The notes under the pieces were generated by a model, which was given only the letters and a program-made list of their open reading frames with translations, was not told the DNA's origin and did no database searches. 64,000 bases of DNA from Hormiphora californensis (Eukaryota > Animalia > Ctenophora): assembly GCA_020137815.1 (NCBI GenBank), contig CM035360.1, positions 6,386,001-6,450,000 of the forward strand, in the 5' to 3' direction. Positions 51,752-64,000 of this stretch are shown piece by piece. Within the stretch, counting starts at the first letter, position 1, and the number at the start of each line of letters is the position of its first letter. The position numbers and the translations under genes were made by a program.

Positions 51752-51821
<70 letters not shown>

Positions 51822-54800
51822 CCACCACATACCTTCTCCGTCTATCCATGTGTAGAGGGGGAGGTGGGGGTCTCTTTAGTTGGCCATGAAGGAGCAGGTT
51901 CAGGCGAGGAACTGGCACTCTCCCTCTTCCTGTATTTCTTTCGTTCCGGTCCTTGATCAGACTTTACTCCTTGGAGAGAGGGAGGGAGGGGTGTTAGAAA
52001 TGACAAAGTGACAACTCGAAGGTTCAAATGACAAAGTGCCATGCTCGACCCGCGCGAAGATAAGTGTACTTTTTATATAACCAACCCTGCGCGCGCTCCT
52101 AAATAATCCTGCTTGTCCCACTACACTGTCCCACACCAAATTGAACCTGGCCCTATGAAAACACGACGGGGCAAAAACAAGATGCTTTACTTTGTAGTTA
52201 AAATATTTAAGAAAACAGTTAAAAGCTTTTACTACAGTTGAAAAAATAGAAAAAATATCAGAATCATGCATCTCTCTTGATCTAATAAGGTAAGGCATGA
52301 TATAAACAGAAATAAGGTAACCTGCATTTTTTTAAATTGTTTGTCTCATCATGCAGAATCTTGGTGGATTTATTGTCCGGAAAATTCATGCAATATTGAA
52401 GGTTATGTTAAAACTTAATGTTTTAAAGCTGTCCATCTGATAATCAGATCTATCTCACCAGAATATAAGGATCTGTAGAATTCATTAATAAGAGAACCAG
52501 TTGCAGTACTTCGATCGACACAGAAAGTAAAGTCTGTTTCTTTACCATTACCCAAATTCTGACCAACCGAAATATACTGAAGAAGTTCAGGGTCTTGATG
52601 AAAGTGGACATTTCTTTTAGCAGCTAAAACTGCCTGATCCTCCACTAATTTTATGGTAATATCTGGCCAAGTTTCATAATCAGTTATAGTCATTGAAACA
52701 TCCACCGCCATTTTACAATATTTACCGGAATCTGGTGGGTTTTCAGGACAACTACTTCCTCCATAATACAGTCCCATGATGAAGTGTTTAGAGATCTGGC
52801 ATGGCAGCTGCGATGGCATAATTTCACTCCACATTAAGCCATAGCGTTTGACACCAGAATAGCTACGGGTGGTACTGTTTTGACGCTTTTGTATTGCTCT
52901 TGATACTGCATCATCTATGGCTGGTGAAGATGTTTCGTCAAACATTTTACTACAGTAGTCCAAAGACGGTATTAATTGACTATTCGAACTAATCTTCGGT
53001 TCCTTATCAACAACCTTAACAGCATCCAAAAACGATTTACAATGTGCAAGTCCTGGTATTTCGATCGGGTAGGTTATACTATTTCCTGGTGTACTAATTT
53101 GGAGAACACTACTAGCTGAAGGAGTAAGAGCAACACTTCCAAAAATTTCAAAGACTGAAACCAGATCGTCCTTGGAGAGAGATCGCTGGACTGTTGCTAG
53201 AAGTCTCTGGTACACCGCTGGGTCCGCTTGGAAGCAAAGTGTCAGGGAGGGAAGAGTTAGGAACCTCTTTTCAACATCGGTAAGTTTCACAGGATGGGGT
53301 TTACCTTCAAAATTTTCAATAAGCCACTCGTAGAGAACTGCTACTTCCTTACTGTTTGCCAGGGACAGGCAAAGTTCGGTGTTAACATACTCCTGTTTGT
53401 TAGGATCACGTGAGATTAAATCTTTAACCAATGCCAATCGGAGAGTTGGAAATCCCATAATTCTGAGATTCAGCGAATCAAAAAGGTCTCTGTCATTCCT
53501 CTCTTTGATGATATACGCCGCTTCTTCGAAGAGAAACACCACCAGTTCCAGAGAATCTAGATTTAGATCAATGCAGAGGTTGGTGTAGAATTGTTTACAC
53601 TCTTCAACCATCCATTGAACCTTGAAAACAGCACTCAGTTTGTTGATCTCCCTGAAGTTTTCTATAGTTACCTCCACAGTACCAGTATAACAGGCCTCAA
53701 CGAAACATAGGACTGAGGAGTGGGAAAACTCCTCAACATCAAGTTCTTTCATCCCTTGATCCCCGACCAGGTCACTCATCACCAAACTGTTCATGGCCAA
53801 AGGGAATGAACTAGACCTAACGATTTCACCTCCTCTGCATATCAATTGTAGATCGTTCAGACCATTCTTCTCCAGGTTGTGCCTACCAAAGTCCATAGGC
53901 ACCGTGCATTTCTGTACCGCCATAGAAACTAGCTATTGTATAGGATACATGGTTAGTATATATTTGTTTTAGTTGTTCATTTGAATGGGGAACCCCGGCT
54001 GCCAAGGATGGTGACGCTTATACCCCAGTACCGAAAAATGCATACCCCCAATATTACATTGCTTAACTCCCCCTTTACCTCGCTAACTGGAATACACCTA
54101 CACCTCCCAAAACTGGGGTGTACGGTAACGTGTTTGTCACACAATACTCACTTCTCTTCAGGGGCCTCTCGTTCAGGGTCAGGGCTGGGTGACGGTACTT
54201 TCTCCTTTCTCACAGGGTCTACTGCTGCTGGGGTCTCCTCTTTGTTCTCAGGGGAGGAATCGTACTCTGTCTTGATAGGTAGATCTGGTTCAACTGTCAG
54301 ACCTTCCGCCTTGGGATCTTCTTTTTTACTAGGGGATAGTATTGTTTGGATAATGGTGTTGTGCAAATGCGTGTTTCACAAGAGACTGTCCTCTCCGAAC
54401 TCGTAGGGTGTACGAGCTGTGACGTTACAGTCTTGTAGTATGACAAGCAAATATGTGAATATTGAATAATCAGTGTATCAGAGACTCAGGAAATTGGGTT
54501 TGAACATTCTTACTCACCCACTACTACTCTTATCTTTATCCCTACTCCTATCCCTATTCCTCTCTCCAGATCTGGATCTCCTTCTTCTACTGTGCCTATC
54601 TTTACCCCTATCCCTATCTCTCCGATCCCGGGAAGATCTCCTATTTCGGTCGTGTTTTCGGCGTGGTGAGGACCTCCTCCGGGGGGATCGGGAGTGTTTC
54701 CGGGGTGACCGAGAGTGTTTTCTCCGGGACCCAGGGGAGGGCGACTTGGAATGTCGTTCTTTCTGTATGGAGGATAGGGAGGGTGAAAGAACTGTAATAG

Positions 54801-57800
54801 TTAGAGGACAGGGAGGGCGAAACTGTAATAGAGGGCAGGGAGGTGAGTTGGAACAGTAAGAGGGCACGTGATACGCAGCAGATGTTGCCTTCCCACATGT
54901 GTGAGAGTGAGAGAGCAGCTGCTGCTGCAGGTGTTACAGTAACGTGTTGTGAACAAGACAATGATGCTCTGATATATATTGGAAAGGAGCTGCTGCACAA
55001 TGGGAACGTGTGGCACACTCAGTAAACTGTTATTGTTTGAGTGTGACACATGCCCATTTCATGCACTCTGCCAACATCTGGTGGATAGTAGTTGCTCGAA
55101 TTACCTTCACACTTTCAGTGGTGGTAGAGACGAACGGATCCTGGGGTGGGACACCCTTCTCAGCTAACTTCTCCTCTATCTTAGTCCTCTCTTCCTTTCT
55201 CTGTTGGATCTCTGCTTTCTTCTTAGCGAGGAGCGCCTCGGGGATACCTGGTGATCATGGCTGTTACCACACCATCTGAACATTGTTGTCAATTAACATG
55301 GGTTCCTGGGGGTCCAGCCCTAATAACAAGGGTTCATTTTTGTAAATTGTACACTTTTTTTGGGACCAAAATGTATTGGATTTCTCGAAATATTGGAATC
55401 TAACAAATTAAATTGCAATTGTCAGAGCATTGGCCTGACAGTTGCAATACCAAACAACAAGAGTTCTCGCGTGGTTACCTGAAGCGTGCTCCTGGGCTGA
55501 TTTGAGCATAGCCCATAGTTCACCCATAAACTCCCTGGCAGGTCGAGCCTGGAGGAAGCCCGTCAGATTGATCTGGAGGTCCTTGGGGTCCGGGTGCTGA
55601 TGGGGAGGAGAGGGAGTTAGACATCTAGTTAGGTGCTGAAGGGGAGGAGAGGGGTAATAGACATCTAGTTAGGTGCTTAGGGGGAGGAGAGGGAGTTATA
55701 GACCTAGTGAGGGGGAGGAGAGGGAGTTAGACATCTAGTGAGGGGAAATGACTAATGAGTGATGGATCGAGAGAGGGAAAGAAAGAAGGGTATGTGAGAG
55801 TTCATTTAGTTATGTCTCCCAAGCCGAACCATGCAGTCGATCATTGGTTGAGTAATTTTGTTTGTAACGAATATACATTCAGATTTGTTGTTTTTAAAAA
55901 GGCTTAAAATTACACAATACAAGGGATCATGATCATTCTTCCTAATTTCTTCCTAATTTCATAGTTCACTAAAAGTTCGGAGCCTGTTGAAATACTAGTC
56001 ATTTCCAGGTGGCCATATTATAAGTCAGTCAGATGTTATCACTCTTTTTCTCTTTCTAGTTATTCATTGTTTCTTTTTCCCTTCTACTCCTGTTTTACAG
56101 GATCTCCTATTCAATATCATCATCAAACATTTCACATTGAGACCGATAATCAGGATTACTCCAAATAACAGCACACCCAAAATATCCAAGTTATGAATTT
56201 CTATAAAACTCTGTTCCTTTATCAAATCATTTTTCAGGAACTTCAGATTTCCATACTTGAAAAGAAGGTTGATGTAGTAAATCAGCTTCTCGCTTCCACT
56301 TGCCGGCTCAGATTCAAAGATGTCCCGTGCAGCGGACATCTTTTCCCTGTAGCTCTCTCTATTTTGGATCATTTTGGTGACCATGTTGGTGAATGATTCC
56401 TTGTTAACATCAGATGGCATAATCATTTCCCCAAACCCTCGTCTCTCAATGATATTCCCATTCATGGACTGATCAGCAAACACGGGAAGACACAGGACAG
56501 GTACCCCCAGGAAGATAGTTTCAATTCTACCGTTGTTACCACAGTGAGATACAAACAGGGTTATCTTGCCGCTAGCCTAGCAGTGACTGCTGGGGAGCCC
56601 AGGTTGTCAGATGAAACTTATCATGAGGCAACCAACTAAACTGCCCCTCGGTGAACGTCTTCAAGATGACTGCCACGTTGTCCATGGCAACTAGGGCGTC
56701 CAGGACGTCTTTATGCCACCTAGTCCATGTCAGATCTGTATAGGATCCTAACTGAGAAGTAGAGAATGTTTTTACCCTGGTGGAGAATCAATAAAGTCCA
56801 GAATAGGGCCAGTTAGGGGTTTAGGGGGTTTCAGTGATGCCCCTCCCATCTGTAGGACATTGTTGGGTAGTTGGTAGGGGAATGAAAATGCTAGATGATC
56901 GTTCATCACGTACAGCTCTATCCTGTCCATCAGCTGCTCCGTGGTAACTGAGTGTTTCTTGTAGATAGGAGCCAGCATGTTTTCTAAGGCTCTATTCAGA
57001 AGGAAAGTTCCCTGAAGATAGTTTACTAGATTGTACGTCCTCTCCAGTAGTCCTGGACTCCCCTCCCTAAATACAGGATTCACTATCCCTGGTTCGCTGG
57101 CAAACAGGGGTGGCAGGTTCATAGCTTCCCGGGACTCTGTGTACACTACCTCTGGGTTGTATGTGATTATTGGTATCTTCTGGGTGTGTGTAACAGCGGA
57201 TATTACTAACTGCGTCCTGTGTTCTGCTATCACCAGATCGAACTTGTTATCTGTTATAAATTTCTCAAACTGGGGGCTACTGTAGAAGCTGAAGATCCCC
57301 GAATATAAGTTGACCCAAACTTCCCTACACGGCGTAAAAGCCGCCATACAATCTGCGTACATAGTGCCTTGAGGTCCAACCTGGGCTAATGGTGCCGCAC
57401 ACCGCTCAACAAGCGCTCCGAAATCTTCGGCAGTGAACACAGTGGTGAAGGGTGGCACGATGTGGTAGTTGGGGGAGGTGATTTGTAGCCGGTCATCGTG
57501 TAGTGGTGATACAAGGTATACTGTGTGACCTTGATCTGATAGCAGCTGTCCCAGGTGGGCTACTGCAAAGTAGTGGCTGCCAGAGAAGGGAGCTGCAACT
57601 AGGATATTGGCCGGGTGGACTGGTGAGACCAAGAGGAACAGGACCACAGGGAGCAACATTCCTATAACGGGCTGTGGGAGTGAAAACTGAAAACAACAAA
57701 ATTACAGGGGGGAGAAGATGAATATAGCACATCTGGTCATTACTAAGAGAGCGAGGATAGAAACTGTCAGAGCTGCTGTAAGAAGAGAGAAGGCTTCCAC

Positions 57801-59824
57801 TGCAGCAGCAGGACGCGAATTAAGATCAGAAGTGAAATATGATCTCCCTAACACATAACTAAGTCAGATAGCTAAAACAGAGAGAAGGAGGAATGAGCTG
57901 TTTTAAGACTAAAAGGCTGCACAGAGGGCGGAGAAGACAAATTAAAGACCATTCCGCGGTGTGAAACTTAAAACTGCAGCATGATAGCTTATCAGTTTAT
58001 AGGAAGAAGGTATACCGGAGACAGCTATATAATTGGTTAAATGAAAACTCAGCTTATCAGTGCGATGGTCTTGAATGGTAGGGAACTCACGAATATACGA
58101 GTAATTTTATTAGAGGATCTACCGGGGAAGTTTGTACCGCAAATGAGGGGACGATATGCTGTTATGCTCTCTGTTGTGTGATATCCCAGTCGCAAGTGTG
58201 ATTACATTAATTAAATCTACTATATTGTACTTCCTTCTGTTCTCAATAACCCATTGTTCATTTTGTTCATATTGTTCTTGTTGTATGTAGATTCGAAATA
58301 AGGTTCATCAATCATCGTGTGTGTTATGTATGACCGTAGCTACTTACAAGGGGATCCTTTTACCTATATTCCTATATTCCTGGAACCCTATCATAAACTT
58401 TTTTAAACTTCAAAAAACTTACCCGTTCGTTATCGAGCATGTTGAAGACAAAGTCAATGACGACCTCATCCTCAAATCCCAAGATATCACTAATCCTCTG
58501 GGATATCCAGGGCTTTACCGTATCAACAGACACCTTCTCCATGTCAATCTGGGGGTGGGGTGTTATTAGGTGGGGCTGGGGGTCAGGATAGTGAATATAG
58601 TGGGATGTTATTAAGTGGGGCTGGGGGTCAGGATAGTGAATCTGGCCAGATTCACCCAATAACACGGGACCCACCACCCAGATCTGGGTGTTGTGTTATT
58701 GGGTGATGGGGGAAGAATAAAGTGAGAATAGTGAGTAATTTCTGTGTGAAACAGCCCAGTGGCAGGGTTTGCCACCCAGAAAGCTTGAAAAAAATTGGTG
58801 TGTTATGATTTCTACCTTGGTTTCAAGGGTCGGTTCAAACTTCATCTGTGCACGGAGTTTCTTTTGCTTGTCTTTAAACCTGAGAAAGATGGAGTTAGAT
58901 TCATGTTTCACTGCACAGAATGAGATGGAGATTATAGGTAAATGTAGGACAGTAGTGTGTGAAACTAGGGAGTGTGAAATGAGGGAGTGTGAAATGAGGG
59001 AGTGTGAAATGAGGGAGTGTGTGAAATGAGGGAGTGTGTGAAATGAGGGAGTGTGAAATGAGGGAGTGTGAAATGAGGGAGTGTGAAATGAGGGAGTGTA
59101 TGAAATGATGGAGTGTGTGAAATGAGGGAGTGTGTGAAATGAGGGAGTGTGAAATGAGGGAGTGTATGAAATGATGGAGTGTGTGAAATGAGGGAGTGTG
59201 TGAAATGAGGGAGTGTGAAATGAGGGAGTGTGAAATGAGGGAGTGTGTGAAATGAGGGAGTGTGTGAAATGAGGGAGTGTGAAATGAGGGAGTGTGAAAT
59301 GAGGGAGTGTGAAATGAGGGAGTGTATGAAATGATGGAGTGTGTGAAATGAGGGAGTGTGTGAAATGAGGGAGTGTGAAATGAGGGAGTGTATGAAATGA
59401 TGGAGTGTGTGAAATGATGGAGTGTGTGAAATGAGGGAGTGTGAAATGAGGGAGTGTGTGAAATGAGGGAGTGTGTGAAATGAGGGAGTGTGTGAAATGA
59501 GGGAGTGTGAAATGAGGGAGTGTGAAATGAGGGAGTGTGAAATGAGGGAGTGTGAAATGAGGGAGTGTGTGAAATGAGGGAGTGTGAAATGAGGGAGTGT
59601 GTGAAATGAGTGAGTGTGAAATGAGGGAGTGTGTGAAATGAGGGAGTGTGTGAAATGAGGGAGTGTGAAATGAGGGAGTGTGAAATGAGGGAGTGTGTGA
59701 AATGAGGGAGTGTGAAATGAGGGAGTGTGTGAAATGAGGGAGTGTGAAATGAGGGAGTGTGAAATGAGGGTTACCTTGCGTCCTGGTTAGCACTGGTTCC
59801 TCTAAAGAATACTCCATCACCCAT
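50569..59824 (-). CDS. SRRM1: Serine/arginine repetitive matrix protein 1 (PWI domain + RS/SP repeats)
   Basis: Exons: 59775-59824 (MGDGVFFRGTSANQDAR), 58816-58879, 58423-58548 (IDMEKV..KPWISQRISDILGFEDEVVIDF), 55479-55596 (PDPKDLQINLTGFL..AREFMGELW), 55105-55247, 54518-54762, 54152-54328, 51833-51969 (two apparent extra bases), 50569-51682 (..LRKRALQSL). Confidence 0.93.
51712..51820. repeat. (GA)n microsatellite
   Basis: Direct reading; fills most of an SRRM1 intron. Confidence 0.95.
52415..53923 (-). CDS. BTB/POZ-domain protein, intronless, nested in SRRM1 intron 7 (51970-54151)
   Basis: 502-aa ORF with N-terminal BTB: DLQLIC..SFPLAMNSLVM..ELDVEEFSHSSVLCFVEACYTG..ENFREINKLSAVFKVQWMVEEC. 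Confidence 0.85.
   Translation of the reverse strand: MAVQKCTVPMDFGRHNLEKNGLNDLQLICRGGEIVRSSSFPLAMNSLVMSDLVGDQGMKELDVEEFSHSSVLCFVEACYTGTVEVTIENFREINKLSAVFKVQWMVEECKQFYTNLCIDLNLDSLELVVFLFEEAAYIIKERNDRDLFDSLNLRIMGFPTLRLALVKDLISRDPNKQEYVNTELCLSLANSKEVAVLYEWLIENFEGKPHPVKLTDVEKRFLTLPSLTLCFQADPAVYQRLLATVQRSLSKDDLVSVFEIFGSVALTPSASSVLQISTPGNSITYPIEIPGLAHCKSFLDAVKVVDKEPKISSNSQLIPSLDYCSKMFDETSSPAIDDAVSRAIQKRQNSTTRSYSGVKRYGLMWSEIMPSQLPCQISKHFIMGLYYGGSSCPENPPDSGKYCKMAVDVSMTITDYETWPDITIKLVEDQAVLAAKRNVHFHQDPELLQYISVGQNLGNGKETDFTFCVDRSTATGSLINEFYRSLYSGEIDLIIRWTALKH
56064..57659 (-). CDS. UDP-glycosyltransferase (UGT family 1), intronless, nested in SRRM1 intron 3 (55597-58422); three apparent +1 frameshifts
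   Basis: Signal peptide + ANILV..GSHY..GHTV; ILYFSLGS; signature WAPQQSLL..LFVSHCGNNGRIETIFLGVPVLCLPVFADQ; C-terminal TM and lysine-rich tail (GKKKQ*). Extra bases at ~56774, ~56752, ~56577. Confidence 0.9.
58955..59770. repeat. 15/17-bp minisatellite (gtgaaatgagggagt[gt]) filling SRRM1 intron 1
   Basis: Direct reading. Confidence 0.97.
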
Positions 59825-60228
59825 TTCAACACTCACTAATAACTAGGAGATAGAGATGTTATTATGTGAAATAGTCGTTTCTTTCAGTGTTGAAAGATTG
59901 TAAGGGGGTAGTAATAAAACACGGGGAATTTTCTATAAAAGAACTGTTTTACACACAAAGCTACAACATATAACATTTTTAGTCGGGGGAAATAAGAGAA
60001 TTACCCCATTATCGGTTTACTTCATAAAACTAATGCTACATCCCCAAAATAATACACTTTTCACTTTAAAACTAGAATACAAACTTGCTTAAAATATTAA
60101 TATAACATTCCGCTAATAAGAAAACAAAAAAACCTTACAATAATAACAGAAACATGATTTAGAATTATCTATGAAGTGAGGAGTGAGACTTGACCAGCAC
60201 TAAAACCCACTACAAACATCTTTTCTAT

Positions 60229-61220
60229 TTATCGTTGTGGGGTACGGGATGCAAAACATGTTCCCAGGTACTTGCCCTTGTAGACATGAGCAATTAGCCA
60301 GAATTCTAGGTCTCCAATGGTAACGGGAATGTTAACCACGCCATTCTCTTTACCATAAACCCATGCAATGGTGTATAGAGCCATCTCAAATTCAGGGGAT
60401 GTACCGAGCAGAGTGCCCCCAACATATTTCACAGCTCCATCATCAGTATCTTCTAGGTCTTCATCCCAGGAAAATTGGATTGTAATCATAAAGTCTGTGT
60501 CCTGGGTTCGTTTTCCACCGATAAACCCACGGTAGTCAACTTTACCCATTTTCTCCAACCTGTGGAAATAAGAGTTTTAGTGAGATAAAAAGGGTAATTT
60601 TAGAGTGAAATCTATTTTATCAGGCTAATAGGATCAGTTTCCTCGAGCCACTCATATAAGTCAGGTGTCTAACAATCTCACCTATAAAACTGTATCCAGT
60701 TATGGAACCCTATCACGCTTCCATTCCTAATCTCCCCCACGAACACATGTTCAAACCCAGAGGAATCCCCGCTCCGTCCCCTGGCCCTGCCCCTCTTGTA
60801 AAGGGTAAACCAGACATCCCATAACCAGTCTTTAAATTCCTCCTCGTCAGCAGGTGCCCAGCCCTTACCAACCAAATACTCCTGGGCAATCTGCATGGGT
60901 CTACTCCCCACGACCACGTCAATAAACTTCTTCATCTCGATAATTTCATGTTTTGTCATCACCTCTTCCACCCCCACTGCACTCTCGTAATTGTCCAGTA
61001 GATCGTAGAACCGTTTGTAACTCTCCCGTTCAAAGAGCTCTTCACTGACATACTCCATGAGAGGTTCACTGCATTTGTCCTGTGATTGGTCCCTTGTAAA
61101 TGTTCTCCTACCCATATTTAGTACCAGATCTTCGCCTACCGTTGCCCTGTTGTCATCTTCAGTCCACATTTGGAGCAAAACCTCTGAGAGCTCCTCGATC
61201 GGTTCGAAATCGTCCCCCAT
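60229..61220 (-). CDS. ENDOU: Poly(U)-specific endoribonuclease (EndoU/XendoU family)
   Basis: Exons 60682-61220 and 60229-60559; motifs [46 protein letters not shown]. Confidence 0.95.
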
Positions 61221-62047
61221 TTTGGTTGGACGGAGGTACAAATACGCAGCTAAAACGATGAAAAGGTAAAACGGATGAAATTCCAGTTTAAAAGTAGATA
61301 ATCACTGATCGAACTGGTAATAAACAGACGCAAAAGACGGATTTTAATTTTTTGACGACTTTTTAAAATTCTTTAAAAACATTTGTTGCCTTTTTGATGA
61401 TGAAGCTCGAATCAAAATATTAATTTAAAGATTGCGCGCGCGATATCTTTGTGCGCGTTAGAAAGCGTCGCAAAGACGTTTTCTTAGCGCGTTTCACTAC
61501 TTTGGCCTTATTTGAAGAGCTAGAGATAAAGTTTGGCCCTACTCATATGGAATACCTCCTGGCTCCATACCTCCATTAATAAACCACTTTAATACAAGTA
61601 AAATAGCTTTTTTTCAAATAAAATTGAACTCTGATCGGGCAAATAACTGAACAACCAACTTAGATTAAGAAATCCGATACGAAGCGATCGGTTTCGGTCT
61701 CACTCCCTGTCTCCGGCTGCCAGTAACAGAATAACATACAAATAATGAATCAACATAATACGAACTCGTCTAATTTCTTAGACGTAACCAAGCCCATCGT
61801 TAAAACGGGAAATATCAATGTAATATCGCACTTTTATATCCATCTCTTTTAATCAAAACAATGCTGCAGTTTCACGTGAGATAAAGTCGGTGGAAATAAT
61901 CTCTCAACTTCTGGATAGGGTCCATGTGTTTTTTTGCTAACTTTTTGACCTGAAAACAATAAAATAAGAAAGTGGATAACCAGCATGAACATGCATGCAT
62001 TAACCAATCGACAATTTCAAGTTCAAAAGTTTCAGAACAAGTGAAAA

Positions 62048-63373
62048 TCACGTACAAAATTTACAAACCACGTACATTCGTTGCCGTTTGGAGGGGGTTC
62101 CATTTCCACCATTATGGTGATCGAGAGATCTCTTCTGCTGTGACGAGGAGCCCACTAACTGGGACCGGGAGGTGACCTGGTAAGCTTGGAGGAGGCGCTC
62201 CTTTGCACCATACACTAAATAGTCAGGGATGTAGTCCAGCATTACACAAGTCGCACCCGCTTCCAGGAGGGCACCCACTGGTAACTCTGAGGGAACGAGG
62301 GGGTTAGAGACATTGTGAAGATTAGGCAAACTTGACTAGAATAGCAGGACTGTTTCCCTTTTTTTAAGACCAGGCCTTTGCATTTGGTTGGACTAATGGT
62401 CTCGTAAACAACTGACAACAGCCATACTTGACCCTCACCGCACAATAACAACAACAACCAAAGCAGTGTTTAGTTACCGTGTTTCTACATTTCTACAATT
62501 AAACCTACCGTGTTTGTTGGAACACCGTGTGTCCACCAGGGCATGTGTGGTGCCGGTGAGGACAGAAAAGGGTGGTTTTTCTTGGATCACCACCCCGCCA
62601 CCCGCTGTTATAATCCCTGGGGAGGTGGGTGGGTGAAGAGGGAGATATAGAGAGAGACATGTATGGAGATAGAGAGAAGGGGAGATATAGCTGCGAGAGA
62701 GAAATATACCTTTAAAGTTTTTGATTTTCGATTCAGAACAACATAAAATTACTCTCCACCCATCGAAAGCCTTCTGATCTCGCCATTTCCCACTTGCTTT
62801 TGCCAGGTTTTTATCCTTGCCTGTAGAAAATTTAAATCAGTCACTCCGTGAAGATATGCCTTCTTGAAGATATGCCTTCTTGAAGATATGCCTTCTTGAA
62901 GATATGCCTTCTTGAAGATATGCCTTCTTGAAGATATGCCTTCTTGAAGATATGCCTTCTTGAAGATATGCCTTCTTGAAGATATGCCTTCTTGAAGATA
63001 TGGTTTCTTGAAGATATGCCTTCTTGAAGATATGCCTTCTTGAAGATATGGTTTCTTGAAGATATGCCTTCTTGAAGATATGCCTTCTTGAAGATATGGT
63101 TTCTGAGGAGTATGGTGAGTGGATTGGCCGACCAGAACAATGGACAACTGACCGATGGTGGCAGTGTTCTGGTTTATATCAGAGTTACGTCTCATCACGA
63201 TCTATGACATCTAACAAACCTTCGTAGTTGTCAGAGAACTTGTCAAGAGTAAACTGAGTCTCATCCAGCCACTCTCCCTTCTCCCGACATGCATCTATGT
63301 AGCTGGGGTGGAGGATTCGGCAGCCAGCTGCTATTGCTGAGAGATACTTCTCGTTTCGACTGGGTTTCCGGGC
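62048..63373 (-). CDS. TOPBP1: TOPBP1-like protein, C-terminal BRCT7/8 exons (gene continues beyond the window)
   Basis: Exons: 63220-63373 (RNEKYLSAIAAGCRILHPSYIDAC), 62710-62820 (KW..AFDGWRVIL), 62509-62616 (IITAGGG..TTHA), 62048-62286 (DYIPDYL). An alternative last exon at 61872-61949 is possible. Confidence 0.8.
62849..63102. repeat. 16-bp minisatellite (gaagatatgccttctt) in a TOPBP1 intron
   Basis: Direct reading. Confidence 0.95.
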
Positions 63374-63472
63374 CTGGGGAAATAAGTTGTTAGTTCTGAA
63401 ACCTGTGTCCTGTAGACCCCCTTTCGTCACCATGGAAACGTAAAACGGGGGGGGGGGGGGGGGAGCCTAGCC

Positions 63473-64000
63473 GGGGGGGGGGGGGGTAATCATGGTGACA
63501 AATGGTGACAAATGGTGACATATGGTGACAAATGGTGATGGTGACATGACCAAAATTTTGAGATGAGTCACCATTTGACACCATTCTCTCTGGAGCTTCC
63601 TACAGGCATAATATGATGTTATGGGACATAATATGATGTTATGGGACACTGGGGGACACTTCTACCAAGTTTCAAGTCGATTGGATGTAATTAAGGGGTC
63701 ACAGGTGGTTAATTGCGCTTTTATGTGTTGTGCGAGGGAGGCACACCCTCAACGTGACTTTCGGGAAGTTTTAGCGGTCAAAAACACTACTAGCCGATCC
63801 GGAATGGCCATGTTAACAACTTATGAACAGATATATCGGTCTAAAGAAATTAAAAATTTTTATCAAATTTCTTTAAAAATTTATAAGAAATTCTGCCGAA
63901 ATCCGCATTTTTCGTCAAAAAATGGAGACAAATGGTGACAAATGGAGATAAATGGTGACAAATGGTGACAAATGGTGATGGTGACATACCCTAAATGGTC
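63473..64000. mobile_element. Probable left end of another G-run TIR element
   Basis: Poly-G followed by atggtgaca arrays, recurring at ~63920-63990; the right end is outside the window. Confidence 0.55.

Noticed and set aside
58696-59832. 378-aa His-rich ORF
   Set aside because: Translation of the intron 1 minisatellite, bounded by canonical SRRM1 splice sites.
62749-63198. Repetitive KKAYLQEGISSRRHIF ORFs
   Set aside because: 16-bp intronic minisatellite.

Overview
Eukaryotic (animal) genomic DNA with compact GT-AG spliced genes. The intron style, divergent GPCR and BTB families, and frequent nested genes suggest a ctenophore (Pleurobrachia/Hormiphora-like); this is inference. Almost all genes are on the minus strand in two tightly packed arrays: MIOX > ARPC1 > DRAP1 > NACA, and TOPBP1 (partial) > EndoU > SRRM1 > EFG1 > ERCC3/XPB. 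Four genes are nested in introns: an intronless F-box/LRR gene in ARPC1, intronless BTB and UGT genes in SRRM1 (all three same-strand), and a spliced DUF985 cupin antisense in XPB. A class A GPCR and a degenerate sulfotransferase fragment are on the plus strand. The 20-39 kb interval is dominated by non-autonomous DNA transposons, two long palindromes and a MITE-in-LINE-in-TIR nest. Highlights: (1) operon-like packing, with unpaired AG|CY acceptors in front of start codons, including those of the nested genes, pointing to SL trans-splicing that may let promoterless cassettes live inside host introns; (2) the nested F-box ORF is in frame with the upstream ARPC1 exon; (3) NACA has large skNAC-like cassette exons and a transposon-centred ~620-bp duplication; (4) eight +1 frameshifts all look like both alleles of a synonymous wobble SNP written consecutively, probably an assembly artefact. 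All gene models were read by eye.
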